Positions 1 to 11,196 of a DNA stretch of 64,000 bases are shown here, in pieces. Position numbers and translations under genes: made by a program. Location: NCBI GenBank assembly GCA_030295235.1, contig AP026124.1, forward strand, positions 1,612,001 through 1,676,000, given 5' to 3'. This stretch comes from Fistulifera solaris (Eukaryota). How positions within the stretch are numbered: the first letter of the stretch is position 1; every line of letters begins with the position of its first letter. Below the pieces are notes generated by a model. It was given only the letters and a program-made list of their open reading frames with translations, was not told the origin of the DNA and made no database searches.

Positions 1-143
1 AGTAACACCGAATGATAATAAAAGATCTGCTGGCTTCGTTGCGCATCCGCAGCAGCACCATGATTTCAACCTCCCAAATAACCGCGCCTTTTGTAAAGAA
101 GCAAAAGAGTATACTTTCAATTTACACTTTTTTTAAATTGACA

Positions 144-539
144 ATGGACTCCAATCCGTCTATTCCTGTACTAGAGAAACCCATCTCCATGATGGAAGTG
201 GGTCCGAACGGCAACAATTTGGCCTCGCAAGCAATGGCTCGTCATCCCGTCGAAGACTTGCAAAAGAATATTGGAATCGCAAAGTTCAATGATTTATCCT
301 TTGTTCGAAATGTATACGGTTCCGGGTTAGCCATGCGTTTGGCGACGGAGCAGAAATTTGCCGCACAAGAACGGAGCCGCAACCCATTTCGTTCACAAGG
401 ACTTTTGTATGGAGAAATTGTCACGGGGCATGATACCAAGTTTGAAATGGCAGATTTCCTTCCACGAGCGGAATTGCGAGCCGATTTGAAACAAGATGTC
501 AATTTGCATGTTGCTATGGAGCGTCAATTGGGATTGTAA
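144..539 (+). CDS. POMP: Proteasome maturation factor UMP1/POMP
   Basis: Motifs HPVE..., RNVYGSGLAMRLATE, L..EIVTG.D....DF and C-terminal H.AMERQLGL match the UMP1 family. Likely start ATG at 144. Confidence 0.85.
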   Translation: MDSNPSIPVLEKPISMMEVGPNGNNLASQAMARHPVEDLQKNIGIAKFNDLSFVRNVYGSGLAMRLATEQKFAAQERSRNPFRSQGLLYGEIVTGHDTKFEMADFLPRAELRADLKQDVNLHVAMERQLGL

Positions 540-840
540 TTACCGACTAGAGCGTTTCTTCGCTGTTTCTGAAAGAAATAATTAAAACGGCTTGCCAATG
601 CAGAGACTCTTTTGCTATTTCTTGCCTTTCCATTTCCACGAACATTTATCGCCGCCCTCTTTTGTGATCCTATGCACTAAATGGCTCGCTAGTGTTTTTT
701 CATTTTCGTAACAATTTCTAGATCAAACGGCGTCGCTCGTTGATGTGCTCTGTTTGGGCAAGGACATGATGCAGTTCTATGCATGCTTTAACTTGTTGCT
801 AGAGTTTATCGTGCGGACATAGTAAGCTTAGCGCGACAAG

Positions 841-2427
841 TCATCTTGAATTTCTTTCTTGATCTGGTACAACCGATGCTATTTTTAACGATGAAAGAGC
901 TTCAGCAGCGGCTTCAATAGTTTCGTCCGTCTTGCAAAAAGCGATTCGTATAAATTCATCCGATTTACCGGCTTCGGAGCTTTCTAGTGAAAAGAAGGGA
1001 CTCGCTGGAATGCACAACAACCCTCTTTCTTCCGCTAACCACTGACAGAGCGCCCAGTCTTGTCTCGCAACTCCACCCGGTGCGGCATCGTTCTTCACTG
1101 AAATGCGGGATACGGGAATTTGATCGCGAATTTCTTTGCCGATCCGAGCAAAGATAAAGAAACCGCCACCGGGAGTTCGATCATAGTCCGGGACCGCAAA
1201 ACCGGCAGCCTTTAATGCCGTAGCTAGTTTGTCGCGTTTCTTGGTGTACTTGACGCGAAGATAATCGTAGTATGACTCATGGCCCAAATAGGGTTCATCG
1301 GCTCGAGGAAGAGCGCGCGCCAGCGCTTCCTGCACCACAGTGGACGCACAGAATTGCACGTAGGGTAACAGCTGGTGAATGGGCGCCATGAGCCTTTGCG
1401 GTCCGATGCACCAGCCAATCTGCCACCCCGTCGCCGAGAACGTCTTTCCCGCCGACGATATTGTGATCGTTCGATCCCACATTCCCGGTAACGAAGCAAA
1501 ATGAACATGGCCCCGACAAAACAGTGACTCTTCAGCAGCGCGTTCTTTCGGCGGTGAGTGAACAATGTACTTGTACACTTCATCGGAAAGAACGACACAG
1601 TCCGGATTGGCCAACTCGAGTGCTTCGGCGATGTATTCCATCTCGTCGCGGGTAAAGATTTTTCCGGTGGGGTTGTGAGGTGAATTCAAGATGATGGCTC
1701 TTGTTTTGGTGCTTATGTACTGCTTCAAAGTATGGGGTTCGAGCACCCACTCTCCACCCGAGATGACATTTTCATCTTCATTGTACGGCACAAATCGCAG
1801 CGGAACAAAAACTGGGTTACCTCCCGCCAACTTGATCTGATTCACATATAAATCAAAGAACGGCTCAAACACAATAACATCATCTCCCGGTTTGACCAAT
1901 GTCTGAAGACAGAGATACAGCGCTTGGCTAGCACCCACCGTGACCGAAATTTCCGTCATCGGATCAATGTCTCGACCCAGATGAGTTCGATAACGTCGAG
2001 CCAACTGCTGGACAAGATTCGGATGACCGGCCGTTCGTGTATACTGATGAGGATACGACGCCGAGTCCAACGCGGCCTCTACTAAACTGTCTACCGCAAA
2101 TTTGGGCGGCAGCCAGTCCGGAAAGCCTTGGCCCAAATTTACCACTTCATTTTGTTGTGATAGCCGAGAGAACTCGGTCCATACCGTTGGCTTTGCCGCT
2201 GTTCCTAATCGAAGAATAGCTTCTCCATGTCCTCCGCTTAGTAAATTCCCGGAGCTATCGAACGGGCTTTGTGGCGTTTGCGAGCCTTGATCAGAAACGC
2301 GTTCGCGGAGAACAGTTTGAGTTCTTTCTATTCGAATTTGAGTATTTGAAGGAAAGCCCCACGTTAATACAGAGAATATCGTTGCGATCGATAGAGCAGC
2401 TGATAGGATGTGGGAAACGAACTTCAT
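841..2427 (-). CDS. PLP-dependent class I/II aminotransferase, kynurenine aminotransferase/glutamine transaminase K-like, with N-terminal signal/transit peptide
   Basis: VNLGQGFPD, QYTRTAGHP, LNSPHNPTGK, LSDEVY, SAGKTFSATGWQIGW (PLP lysine), IRIAFCK. Hydrophobic N-terminus. Confidence 0.9.
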   Translation of the reverse strand: MKFVSHILSAALSIATIFSVLTWGFPSNTQIRIERTQTVLRERVSDQGSQTPQSPFDSSGNLLSGGHGEAILRLGTAAKPTVWTEFSRLSQQNEVVNLGQGFPDWLPPKFAVDSLVEAALDSASYPHQYTRTAGHPNLVQQLARRYRTHLGRDIDPMTEISVTVGASQALYLCLQTLVKPGDDVIVFEPFFDLYVNQIKLAGGNPVFVPLRFVPYNEDENVISGGEWVLEPHTLKQYISTKTRAIILNSPHNPTGKIFTRDEMEYIAEALELANPDCVVLSDEVYKYIVHSPPKERAAEESLFCRGHVHFASLPGMWDRTITISSAGKTFSATGWQIGWCIGPQRLMAPIHQLLPYVQFCASTVVQEALARALPRADEPYLGHESYYDYLRVKYTKKRDKLATALKAAGFAVPDYDRTPGGGFFIFARIGKEIRDQIPVSRISVKNDAAPGGVARQDWALCQWLAEERGLLCIPASPFFSLESSEAGKSDEFIRIAFCKTDETIEAAAEALSSLKIASVVPDQERNSR

Positions 2428-2850
2428 TTTTACAGTCTATGAGGGAGATGGTCAATTTTTGCCTCGTGTGTGTTGTAGGTAGAAGAACAGAGAATGGGTG
2501 TTGCTTTCTTTTTGATAAATACATACGCGATCCTGCACGGTTTTGAGCATACCGAAGCACTTAATGTTGCAGCTAGTCGATTGAGAAGCTTCTTGTGTTG
2601 TTCGCAAGAGAGAAAAGGAAGATTATCAGAAAGGATTTGACAGTTGATGATGATGAAAGAAGAAAGGAAACGAATAAGTGTCGTGTTTTTCTCGCGACTG
2701 AGTCGGACGAAAGACGAGAGTGAACACGTGGTCGACCGGACTTCAATCCCGATACTGAATCCCGGTCCCTATCCCTCGTAATGAACAACCTGGTTTCATT
2801 TCAAATACGATTTCAATAAATAAGATATATAACCAGTTATTTCGTGAGGT

Positions 2851-4258
2851 TTACTCCACAATGGGAAAGGATGCCAACTTGAGAATAGAGCAAATTCCAT
2901 ATTGGTTTGTCGTCTTTCTTCCAATCTTGACAAATCCTTCGGATCCCCAAGAAGGCCCCCAAGAGTTCTTGACGAGGAAATAGGGTTCCTGTGTAAAACA
3001 AGTAGCAGCATTATTTTTTTGTTTATAACGCAGCATAACAATCGCCTTACAACGTACCTGAGTTTCAACATCGGTACCGTAGCCGACGGCAAGGACACCG
3101 TGATCGATCGCACCGCTGCTTCCGCAACTATTGTCCGTGATCACTCCTTCCTTGTAAAACTGGAAAACAAACTGACTCGCCTGGATAGCAATCGACACTG
3201 GCTGCAAACTCACTACAACAAAAATGAGTGAATATAATAATCGTCGAGGAACTCTTTCAATTGCAAATACTTACAGGCAGAAACCAAAGCCATCTCACTG
3301 CCCTGCGGCACATCAATGAAGGTTTTGACTATAGTTCCTGGTACTTCCGTGCAGTTGGTGAAGCAAGTCGAATGCTGCTCGGCAGCATACGGATAATCCT
3401 CCTCCGAACAGAGACCGCCGCTCTTCTGGTCAAACTTGAACGCATTGTCCATCAATCCTCCGCTGCAACCAAGGTCCTCGTGATCACAATCCAAAAGATT
3501 CTGCTCCGAAAGTGCCACCAACTCACCTGTTTGGACAAACTTGGCTCCTTCTAGAGCACCCGTCGTCGAAAACGCCCAACAAGATCCACAAGCTCCTTGA
3601 TTCTTGACGGGCGTCACAGCACCGAGTTCCACCCAGTTGACATAATCCGGCAATTGCAAAGGATCCATCTCCAACAAGGCACGACGCTGCTCGGCGACAA
3701 GCGAATCTTCCTCCCTCGATCTGGGGAAGACTGGGGTGGATTTGTGCATGCGGGCCGAGTTTGAAATACTCCTGAAATTCGTTCAACGTCATGTCCGAGT
3801 ATTCGTTATGCCCCAAAGTAAAGGTCGGGGCGGGCTTTTGGTTGTTGTGCTCATCGATGCGTTCTGTTATGTAAAACTAGTTGAGAAGGTGACATTAACG
3901 CATGAAAGCAATTCGAAACATATGACATGGATACGACTGGTTCATGCAACTTCGATGCTGCAGACGAAGATCGTTTCAATCGTACGACAGAAAATTCGAC
4001 GATTTGACCGAAAAACACAAGCCAACGTCTCTCTGTTGAACAATCTTGTACTCCAATTCGTACTCAATGTCATCACTTACGATCGTTCGCTAGCCAGATG
4101 TGCAAACGCGCCATCTTTTGCAGATCTGACGCGTATTGTTTCGCGTGCGCTTCAACCCATTTTTCGAATTTGTTAAGACCCTCCAACGAAACCGGTTTCA
4201 CTTCCGATGCCTTGCAAACGGCGGAAATGAGCAACAAAATAGCCGACGTGTATCTCAT
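2851..4258 (-). CDS. Papain-family (C1A) cathepsin L-like cysteine protease with signal peptide and I29 propeptide; multi-exon
   Basis: [13 protein letters not shown] (catalytic Cys), [18 protein letters not shown] (His), VKNSWG (Asn), propeptide [13 protein letters not shown] introns near 3865-4080, 3210-3273 and 2990-3057. One apparent frameshift near 3725. Confidence 0.92.
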
Positions 4259-4849
4259 GTTTGTTCTTTGTTTAGTTATATAACACGATGGCTACTATTA
4301 TCGATTGAAATATGAAGCCGCAGCGGAAGGAATTGTGTGTCTAAAAAGAATTTCAAGGTGCGTTCGCTGCGAAAAGACGATGACTGGATTCCAGTCATGA
4401 ACAGATATTTTCCGAGCCACATTGCTTCTTAACCTTTATCCATCCTGTAAGTTTGTCGAGACTATTTTATTTTTATTACACTCCAATGAATTGAGGCATT
4501 TATTTTCATTGGAAGTTACGATGCGTAATGTCAACAAAATTTGTGCCTAGTTGTCTTCCGTAAGTACTCTAGATTAGAGTGTACACGACTTTTCTCCGCG
4601 ACTGCTTTTCAGTCATGAGTCGTCATGTTCGTTTTTCAAGCCAGCCTGCTACCTAACACCTAACCTTCCTCATGGTTCTAAAAAAACAACTAAGTTTGAG
4701 ATCCCATTCGTCTTGTGACTTGTGAGCGGTGTGCCATTCGGATCAAATGAGTTTCTGAGTACCATAAAATTATATAGGACACGTTAACTATATACTTTGT
4801 ACTTTAGTGTTTTCTACGACACAAATTGTATACCGTGTCAAAATCGACC

Positions 4850-7169
4850 GATTTTTTCCTCCTGTGCACCACGATGGACCGATGAACATAAAAATATCTT
4901 GACAAAAATATCCACATCAACCACTTATACTTAGATTCTGACGATTAAAAAAATTAGGAATAATTTATGCTGATATTTATTCCTAATTCCTAATTTCCTC
5001 AAGTCAGAATGCAAATTTGACGTTCATTTGCATTTTTCTTCGGCTTCCAGTTCTCTTAGAGCAGTCACTACATCCGGAAATGGCAACAACTGAATCTGTC
5101 TGCCAGTTGCCAATTTTTGTACTCATAACCAGTCTTGCTACCAATGTAGTAGTGAATGCCGTGTGGCAGATAATTCCGATTCAGTCTTGTTCGATCGAGT
5201 CCCCTCGACATTTTCGTTTTTGCGTAATTTCTCGTTCAACTCAAATCACATTCCTGTTCATCATTTCATCCTTTATCATGGAGGCTTCAGCTGCCGAAGC
5301 TGAAATACTGCAGCGCATCACTCGCAGCAAGCAGCGGCAAAGGCTGCTGCTGCTGCGCACTATTTTCTGGAAGCATCGTCAAAAATTTTATCCGATGAAA
5401 TGGAGGACACTTTGCCCGAAACCGACCCTGTCGCCCGCAAGCATCGTCACAAGAAACACCCAAGGCCCAAGCGCCAACTCTTACAATCACGCTGCTGCTT
5501 TGCAGCGCATCCTTACTGATTACTTTGGTCCCCAGCCAAGGTTCAACGACAAACAGTTTTATAACATGTTCCGCATTTCTCCCGGCCCGATTCCAACGCA
5601 TAATGGAAGACTTTATGAATTCTGGAGTCGTTTAGGTGAAAGGCATAAAGGAACCGACAAACGATTTAGAAAAACGATACACCTCTTGACAGGAAGGCGG
5701 TAAAGACATTGAGCGAAGCGTTCGGTGTTCTTCAGCGCAGCTTTCAATTCATTAAAAAACCAATTGAGCTTCATAACCTGGATGCAATTGGTGCAAGATG
5801 CGCAATTGAATGCAGCAGAAGATCCCGTCGTAGGTTTGGAATCTGAAGCTTCTCTACCAGCAATTAGTGGGAGATGGCATGAGTTGGTAAATCTTGAAGA
5901 GCATATGCGCCTATACAGAGCAATTATGTCAAAGTTCAAAAAGTAGATGATAACATGAAATATTAATAATTAAAACCTACTAAATTTATCCTAAAATCTA
6001 AGTGTACGACCTAATGCTGGAGCCTCTTCACTCATTACTCTTGTCGGTGTCGTTGTTGTCGTTTTTGTTGTTGTTGTCGTTGGTGCGTCCTACGACTTGA
6101 GAAGATCAAGTCGGATTCATCGCGAGTAATGGATTTTCGCAGGAGCGGCGAATCTCAATGTTCTGTGGGACTGCAAGTGAAGGATCATTCTCTTTTCCGT
6201 CACCGCCGTGGTCTTTCTCGGTCGCATTAGGAGAATTCTCGTTGTCGGACGACACCAAGGGAACAGACATGTCGGTACCAGGAACTCCATTTGCAAGAGC
6301 GACAGCCTTCTTAAGAAAAGCCTGAGCCTGGCTTTTTCTCACCGCGTTGCTCGAAAACAGCAGCCAGGTTGGTAAATGTCTCGCTCTGAAATGCAAAGGC
6401 AAGAATATCGACCAGAATCAGCAAGACTCTCAAGAACTTTGAGCTTCTTTGCTGCCATTGCCTCGGCTTTCATGCTTTCCTCCTTTTCTCGCTTAGCAAC
6501 CTTTGATCCCATAGGGCTGAAGAGTTTTAACCGACGAATAAGCCCTTCCATTTACCAACGAATGATCAATATCACTCTGTACTTTGGGCGGCGAACTGAG
6601 GCAACTGTTCGAGAATATCCAAACAATTCGAGAAGGCAACAGAAGTCACGAGAAATAAGAATAGTAAAACATCACAAACGAGAAAAGTATTTCAAACAGA
6701 TGTGTTTAGGAAACTCGGAAGGAGGGAAGCACAATGTTTACGAGGTGAAATTCTTTCAACGGAGAGTTTTGATAGTTTTGATTTTCAAACGTTGGAGGGA
6801 AACTGAATCAGTACAAAAACGACGTAGAAATTGCGTAGAGCAAGTGAGTCGGGCGTTTGTTTCCTAAATCCGAAAGCGGGCAACAACTCTATTTTTTTGG
6901 GAGGTGGGCGCGAGTCTTGCTGCCAATTTCCAAAAAAGCAAAAAGTTCTTACCACCCCTATCTGCCAAATCCGAATATAGTGACGGCATTTTGAGTACCG
7001 GTGGGGTAAGTACTTCATTCACGAGTTCTTCTTTCTACTTATAGTGAATGCTCTTAGGTGTGATGAAAAAATGAATCCTATTTTTTGGGGGGTAAAAAAT
7101 GACAAAAACCTGACGTGGGATATTTTCATCCGGTACCCATTTTTTGTGCTCCGGTTAGGAACGGCCTCA
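4850..7169. mobile_element. Degenerate, internally deleted PIF/Harbinger-type DNA transposon (boundaries approximate)
   Basis: Plus strand 5278-5630 reads (with frameshifts) LQRILTDYFGPQPRFNDKQFYNMFRIS..RFQRIMEDF, like the N-terminal DYF...FR.S motif of Harbinger transposases. It is followed by a C-terminal-like RWHELVNLEEHMRL (to 5946), with no DDE core between. A convergent minus-strand fragment PMGSKVAKR (6100-6550) resembles the C-terminal part of the Harbinger partner protein. AT-rich flanks. Candidate right terminus at 7151-7166 (reverse complement GGCCGTTCCTAACCGG). Confidence 0.65.
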
Positions 7170-7526
7170 GAAGCTCCGTTTCCTGAATCACTGTACCACA
7201 GTTAGTAGTAGAGTGACAAACCTGCACCGGATTCCCAGTGCGGTGGATTGCGCTGTGGCGCGCCATCTCTCGGATTTCGCAAAAGCATGCTTACCGATCG
7301 AACCAACGAGAGGCTCAGACGAGATCTGATGAAGCCACAAATTTCAGACCGTTTTCTGGGAGATTTTAACTGTAGAGATTAACAATTAATCTTCTGTTGC
7401 TTTATAGAACAGGTATTAGATATAGGTATTTGTCTGCTTTGGTCGCCTATTTTTCATGTGTGTTCGTTTCATCTATTTTAATGTATGGTTAATAGTACGA
7501 TATAGATCTAGACCAAGGACCTATAA

Positions 7527-7615
7527 CAGAAAATGTGGGCGAGTGTAGTTTTCACGAATGCGTGCGATTGTTTTTTCACGTGTCCAGAAAATGTGGGCGT
7601 GTGATGTTTTACGTC
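7527..7615. repeat. Imperfect 58-bp-period direct repeat (CAGAAAATGTGGGCG x2)
   Basis: Identical 15-mer at 7527-7541 and 7585-7599, each followed by GTG..TTTT.ACG-like sequence. Confidence 0.7.
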
Positions 7616-7956
7616 TCGAAAAAATTGAAAAAGTGGTTCTATTTAGTGCCAAAAAGAACCATTTCTTCTATCAAAATTTAAGTGGTTGTAGGCCAGATTT
7701 AATTGAAAGTTTATGCGTCTGTTTGACGAGATAAGTATGTTTATCATGAGAGGTTTACTTCGAGAGGTATTATTTAATGTGGAGAAAATGATGTCAAGCA
7801 AGCTTTCCCGTTGAGGTGGTCGATAAATCTTGTTTAATAAGGTGAAACTTCTTTCTGCTTCCAAACCTAGTGATCATAAGCGTCGAATTTAGCCTTAGAA
7901 TATGCAACATTGCCTCCACGTGGAACGTTTAGGACAATTGCCTTGTCAGATTATGA

Positions 7957-8095
7957 GCACCCGTTCAGACCCGTCCACCACGATGGACCCGGATCCATCC
8001 ACCCGTCCATCTGCTCAGGACGGGTGGACGGGTCGGACGGGTAAAACCCGTTCGGAACCCAGGTGTGGGTCGTGGCTCGTGGGTCGTGGATTTGC
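7957..8095. repeat. GC-rich cluster of ACCCGT/ACGGGT units forming an inverted repeat; possible transposon subterminal remnant
   Basis: ACCCGT at about 7959, 7969, 8001 and 8047; ACGGGT at about 8020, 8028 and 8037. Perfect 11-bp stem TCCACCCGTCC (7998-8008) / GGACGGGTGGA (8018-8028). Confidence 0.6.
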
Positions 8096-8325
8096 AAGAA
8101 CAGGAAACACTGATCTCTTCTTTGATCCATGATACGCGTCTCGTAGTCTCATACCTCAAGCGGTCGATTATCTCTTCATCCGAGTATCAAAGTGTTTTGC
8201 CTTGAAGGAAGAAACACAAAAACTGAACCTTTTCCTGTCAACTGTATCAATCCAACACCATCAAGAAACAAGTGTTCATTTCTTCTCTAGTGGCAAAGCA
8301 CGACGATACAATAGATCATTTCAGA

Positions 8326-10119
8326 ATGGCACCGTATTTGAAATTTTTAATGTTGGTGGCCGTGTCTTATGCCCACTATGGTCAAGCGCAACTTTGCGAT
8401 TATGACCAAGACAGAGCCAACCGAAGCTGGCAAAGTTCCTGCTCCCTGAGGGACTATTGCGATGGAATACAAGACAAGTACGGGTCTCAAGTGATCAGTT
8501 GTAGCGGAAACTTGTATTCCACCCATTACGTGACGGAGTTCTTCAAGGACATGTTTTATGAAGATTATCCTACGGCCGGTTTTGATTGGACACACTATCA
8601 CACCTACGATGGCTATAAGTATGTTACGAACAGCTTCCGGTATGATCTTACAAGTGGATCGAGACTGTTCTTGTATCTAGATGAATTGTTCGACGATGAT
8701 GGAGATATTCCTTCTTCGTGCGAAGTATCTATATCAGGAAATATCTGTCGCAAATGCAGTATTTGTGTGGTAAATGTGGGGATCTATTCTTACAGTTATA
8801 CAGCGGATTGTTCCAATGTCGCAGATGGACTTTATCTTGATTGTACAGAAACAGTTGGCCAGCTCCTGAATACCTTGAGATTGAGCTACTCTATCAAACC
8901 AAACTCAGACACAACAAAAAAACGTAATGGAGCCGGAATAGCCGCCGGAGTTCTTGGTGGGATATTTGTCTTCTGTGGCTTGCTTTATTGTTATCGGAAA
9001 CCAAAAACACCAGAGCAACCTCCAGTGGCTGGTGTCGTCAAAACTTCAATCGGCTGGTGGGAAGGATGGCAAAGAGATGGCCATAAACAGCACACAATTC
9101 TCTACGTTCTCTTGATCTGCACCACATTAACTTGGACCATTCTATCTTCCACTTTCTCCTGTAATGCAGAAGAAGATGACAATAGTGATTCATATTCTTA
9201 TTCCCGTGAAGACAACAAAGTCAGCTGCGATGTTGTTGTTGCGATATGTTTTCCGTGCTGGATTATATTTTACCTCATGTTCCTCTGTGAGTATTTCCAA
9301 AGTTCCTCACGTCGCTACCTACAAAACATCAACACGGCACAAACAACGTTTGAATATCTCGAAGCGCTCCACCTTGCTGCCCCGACCATTGCACTTCACA
9401 TCGAGTGTTATCACAATCAAACAAGTACCTACACAACAACGGACTCAAGAGGCAATTCAACGATCCATACACAAACTTATCCTGTGGTGACGTATTCAGA
9501 AACTGAAGTTGTTCCTATTGTGGAATGGGGCAACGGATCCTCTCCTCCAACCTCGACTGAGATCCGAGAGTATCAACTTACTAAGGTCAAAGTCTCGAAG
9601 ACATTTGATGCCGATGATGGATATTTCCGCCAAAGAAATGCCTTTATCAATCGGAATCGCTATCGCGATGTTCATTATAGGTTTGATGTCATCTATATGA
9701 TCCCGGGATTCACGGATCGTGTCCTGTGTTACGTGGATCTAGCTCACAAACCGGTTATGCTGAACTCACTTTGTCTCATGATGTCCCACTTGTTCATCCT
9801 ACCCTCTCTACCATATCGGATTTGGATGAGCGCTATTACTGGTAAGATTGAAGCAAATGTTCACAAATGGATCAGAACACAAGAAAGCACTAGCGTCCTC
9901 AGGACGGCTCTACAGGAAATCAGCTCAGAAGGGGTGGATGGTAATCTTCACAACGGCGACGATAACGACAACAGCAGCAGGGAGAATGACAATCCCCTAC
10001 CTTCCGAGCCGGAGGCGGTTCTGAAGGAGGACAAGTTGGATAAAGAAGTAACGGATGAGACCAAAAGTTCGCTTTCTCAATCCTGCGAGGGTGGCACAGA
10101 AGACAATGGAACTGCCTAA
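8326..10119 (+). CDS. TMEM151-family membrane protein with added signal peptide and Cys-rich ectodomain; intronless
   Basis: Signal peptide MAPYLKFLMLVAVSYAHYGQA, Cys-rich region (C..C.IC...DCSNV) and several TM helices. TMEM151-like motifs follow: PTIALHIECYH, VTYSE, LTKVKVSKTF, YFRQRNAFINRN..D...IPGF, LPYRIW. Confidence 0.7.
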   Translation: MAPYLKFLMLVAVSYAHYGQAQLCDYDQDRANRSWQSSCSLRDYCDGIQDKYGSQVISCSGNLYSTHYVTEFFKDMFYEDYPTAGFDWTHYHTYDGYKYVTNSFRYDLTSGSRLFLYLDELFDDDGDIPSSCEVSISGNICRKCSICVVNVGIYSYSYTADCSNVADGLYLDCTETVGQLLNTLRLSYSIKPNSDTTKKRNGAGIAAGVLGGIFVFCGLLYCYRKPKTPEQPPVAGVVKTSIGWWEGWQRDGHKQHTILYVLLICTTLTWTILSSTFSCNAEEDDNSDSYSYSREDNKVSCDVVVAICFPCWIIFYLMFLCEYFQSSSRRYLQNINTAQTTFEYLEALHLAAPTIALHIECYHNQTSTYTTTDSRGNSTIHTQTYPVVTYSETEVVPIVEWGNGSSPPTSTEIREYQLTKVKVSKTFDADDGYFRQRNAFINRNRYRDVHYRFDVIYMIPGFTDRVLCYVDLAHKPVMLNSLCLMMSHLFILPSLPYRIWMSAITGKIEANVHKWIRTQESTSVLRTALQEISSEGVDGNLHNGDDNDNSSRENDNPLPSEPEAVLKEDKLDKEVTDETKSSLSQSCEGGTEDNGTA

Positions 10120-10404
10120 GTTTCAAGGGACGAAAGTCACGTTTTGGTATTCGTGTCTGACAGACGTAAGGGACGTTAAAGCCAAAGCAATCCGGATGCC
10201 ATGTTTGTCATTGTGATGATGTTTACAAAGAAATAATATCACGGTGACGCCAGATGAAGATAACAGATTATTTTTTAAAAAAATTAGTGTTTGTGTTGAT
10301 TGCTCATTGCTATCAAGAGTATTGCTACAAATTTTGTTTGGATAGTATTGACTACTAATACCTGATACCATACACCACCCATCGCAGCCCCGTCGCCAAA
10401 GGGT

Positions 10405-10665
10405 GCCGACAGCAACAATGGAGATGACATCGAATCACACACATCTCAACCAATATGGATCCGTCTGTTGATTCAAAACGCCACAGTGATAAAACGCTTT
10501 TTTTATTTGCCGCTGCGTTTGGCAGTCGATCGGATGTGAAATCAAGTTTTCAAACAGCACGGTACCGACGACAACGCCAGAGGCAACATTCAAACACACA
10601 CACACATCTCGACCAATACAAGTCCTCCATTGGATTCGATAAGCCACAGTGACAGCACGCGTTAT
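10405..10665. repeat. Diverged ~165-bp-period direct repeat
   Basis: ACACACATCTC(A/G)ACCAATA...GATTC...GCCACAGTGA...ACGC occurs at about 10437-10497 and 10600-10660. Confidence 0.6.
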
Positions 10666-11196
10666 GCCTTCGTGCTCGATGCCAATCCGAAACAAACATA
10701 TCCGGAGCCACGTTGTTGTTGTGAGGATAGAGCCATATATTTTATGAACTGTAGTCGATACATTTGCGGTAAAACGTCGGCAATATCTTCTTACTTCACT
10801 TCATTCGTCGGACCAAGAACTCCAGCAACATAGCATAGACTGTCAGTGACCATGCTCCTTCCGTCTCGTCGCAGCACCATATGGGAAACTATTTCTGTTT
10901 AGTAGTGTTTCCATAAAGATTATATACCTCTTTTCAAATCGATCGCAAATCGCGGATTTCCCTCGTCAGTTTTGAGCTACTTTACGTTTTGCGTTTTGAT
11001 TTGGGTTTGCGGGAGGATTTTAGCAAAGTATGACACGACTGGATTAAGCAATCACGCATTCCGCATTTTTCTGCATTTTTTTATTTGGCTCATTATGAAT
11101 GTTTTATTGCTGGCGGAACACGACGCTATAAGGCTGGTGATGTTAGTCTGTTGATTCGTTCCTTCATTTCTTCACAACAACGTTCACTATTTTGGA

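Noticed and set aside
4867..7989. Shared 14-mer CACCACGATGGACC at 4867 and 7976 as an element boundary
   Set aside because: A single 14-bp match is within chance expectation for a window this size, and the flanks do not align.
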